Assembly (NCBI GenBank): GCA_035550595.1
Contig: DASZOV010000138.1
Span: 245-64,244 of the forward strand
Origin: Vicinamibacterales bacterium
GTDB lineage: Bacteria > Acidobacteriota > Vicinamibacteria > Vicinamibacterales > SCN-69-37
Direction: 5' to 3'
Length of the DNA stretch: 64,000 bases
The notes under the pieces are model-generated. The model was not told where the DNA came from and did not search any database. It worked only from the letters and a program-made list of their open reading frames with translations. Below are positions 63,308-64,000 of this stretch, piece after piece. Position 1 is the first letter of the stretch. Each line of letters starts with the position of its first letter. Both the position numbers and the translations under genes were made by a program.

Positions 63308-63470
63308 GCCGAATCTGCGCGCAGGGACCGGGGAGCGAGCTGGCGATATTTTGGCGAGTTACCTGGACTGATCGTCTGCTACAATGCGCGCTCCATCGGT
63401 GGCTGGGAGAGTGGGACGTCGCGGCGGATGCCTTGCGGGATTTCGCCGTATGAACCATGAGGTATGACTA

Positions 63471-64000
63471 GTGAGATCTCAGGCGATCGTTGATGTCATA
63501 AGACGGGGTCTCATCGGAGTCGCGCTGCTCGTCGCGTTGCTCCTGACCGCGCCGCACGTCGCGGCGCAGCCGGCACGCGGGATCCAGGTGGGCTATTGCG
63601 GCTCGCTGAAGGACGTCGACGCGGCCAAGGCCGCCGGCTTCGACTACATCGAGCTCGGCACGACGGAAATCGCCGGGCTCTCCGACGAGGCCTTCGACGA
63701 GGCGGCCCGCCGTGTCGCCCAGTCCGGTCTGCCCGTGCCGGTGACGAACCTGTTCTTACCCGGCAACCTCAAGGTGACCGGCCCGGCCGTCGATCCGGCC
63801 GCCCAGCTCGCCTACATGAAGAAGGTGTTTCCGCGCCTGCAGCAGCTCGGCGTGCACATCCTCGTGTTCGGCAGCGGCGGATCGCGGCGCGTGCCCGATG
63901 GCTTCCCGAAAGATCAGGCGTTCGCCCAGCTCGTCGACTTCGGCCGGCGCGCGGCCACGCTGGCGCGGACGTTCGACATCACGATCGCGCTCGAGCCGTT
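63471..64000 (+). CDS. exported xylose-isomerase-like TIM-barrel protein, N-terminal 176 codons (3' end outside the window)
   Basis: GTG start, signal RRGLIGVALLVALLLTAPHVAAQP, then IQVGYCGSLKDVDAAKAAGFDYIELG...HILVFGSGGSRRVP...ITIALEP. Not in the ORF track because it runs off the window. Confidence 0.7.
   Translation, partial: MRSQAIVDVIRRGLIGVALLVALLLTAPHVAAQPARGIQVGYCGSLKDVDAAKAAGFDYIELGTTEIAGLSDEAFDEAARRVAQSGLPVPVTNLFLPGNLKVTGPAVDPAAQLAYMKKVFPRLQQLGVHILVFGSGGSRRVPDGFPKDQAFAQLVDFGRRAATLARTFDITIALEP

Overview
This is a very GC-rich bacterial chromosomal segment. The gene content points to Acidobacteriota: two PadR + orphan duplicated FtsX ('ADOP'-type) permease pairs, TIGR03435-like and TIGR03436-like (VWFA) proteins, CarboxypepD_reg-type TonB-dependent receptors, and PVC-type CxxCH dehydrogenases. 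Bases 1-23 kb hold the cysS 3' end, an SGNH hydrolase, a NYN/LOTUS protein, an NlpE/META lipoprotein, yraN, tRNA-Gly and tRNA-Cys. They also hold a compact divergent ars cluster (arsR / Cys-rich micro-ORF / MIP channel / arsC), a GNAT-acyl-CoA synthetase fusion, a Zn-ADH that appears to lack its Rossmann core, and PadR-ADOP pair 1. A 7.6-kb co-directional block follows, encoding a MacAB/NodT-type efflux pump, an OmpR/HK pair and a YpdA-like reductase. Bases 23-38 kb hold a heme-c dehydrogenase with a discoidin domain, an OmpA-family protein, and a truncated GxxExxY gene bracketed by inverted repeat arrays. They also hold PadR-ADOP pair 2, an internally duplicated TIGR03435-like gene, a VWFA protein, and a small Fer4_19 protein coupled to an 889-aa Tat-signal protein of unknown function. 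Bases 38-64 kb are the most interesting part. One FadR-type GntR regulator sits beside four paralogous (and mosaic) TonB-dependent receptors, a second heme-c dehydrogenase, three xylose-isomerase-like TIM-barrel proteins, a Gfo/Idh/MocA oxidoreductase and a class-III aminotransferase. These are driven by at least four sigma70-like promoters that carry a shared ATACCAGT operator-like core just downstream of the -10 box. Two dispersed intergenic repeat families (CTTCGCG/CGCGAAG units and TTCGAA/GGAACC units) recur through the window. I saw no rRNA, CRISPR array, IS element, integrase or prophage. All homology calls rest on motif recognition in the supplied translations, not on database searches.
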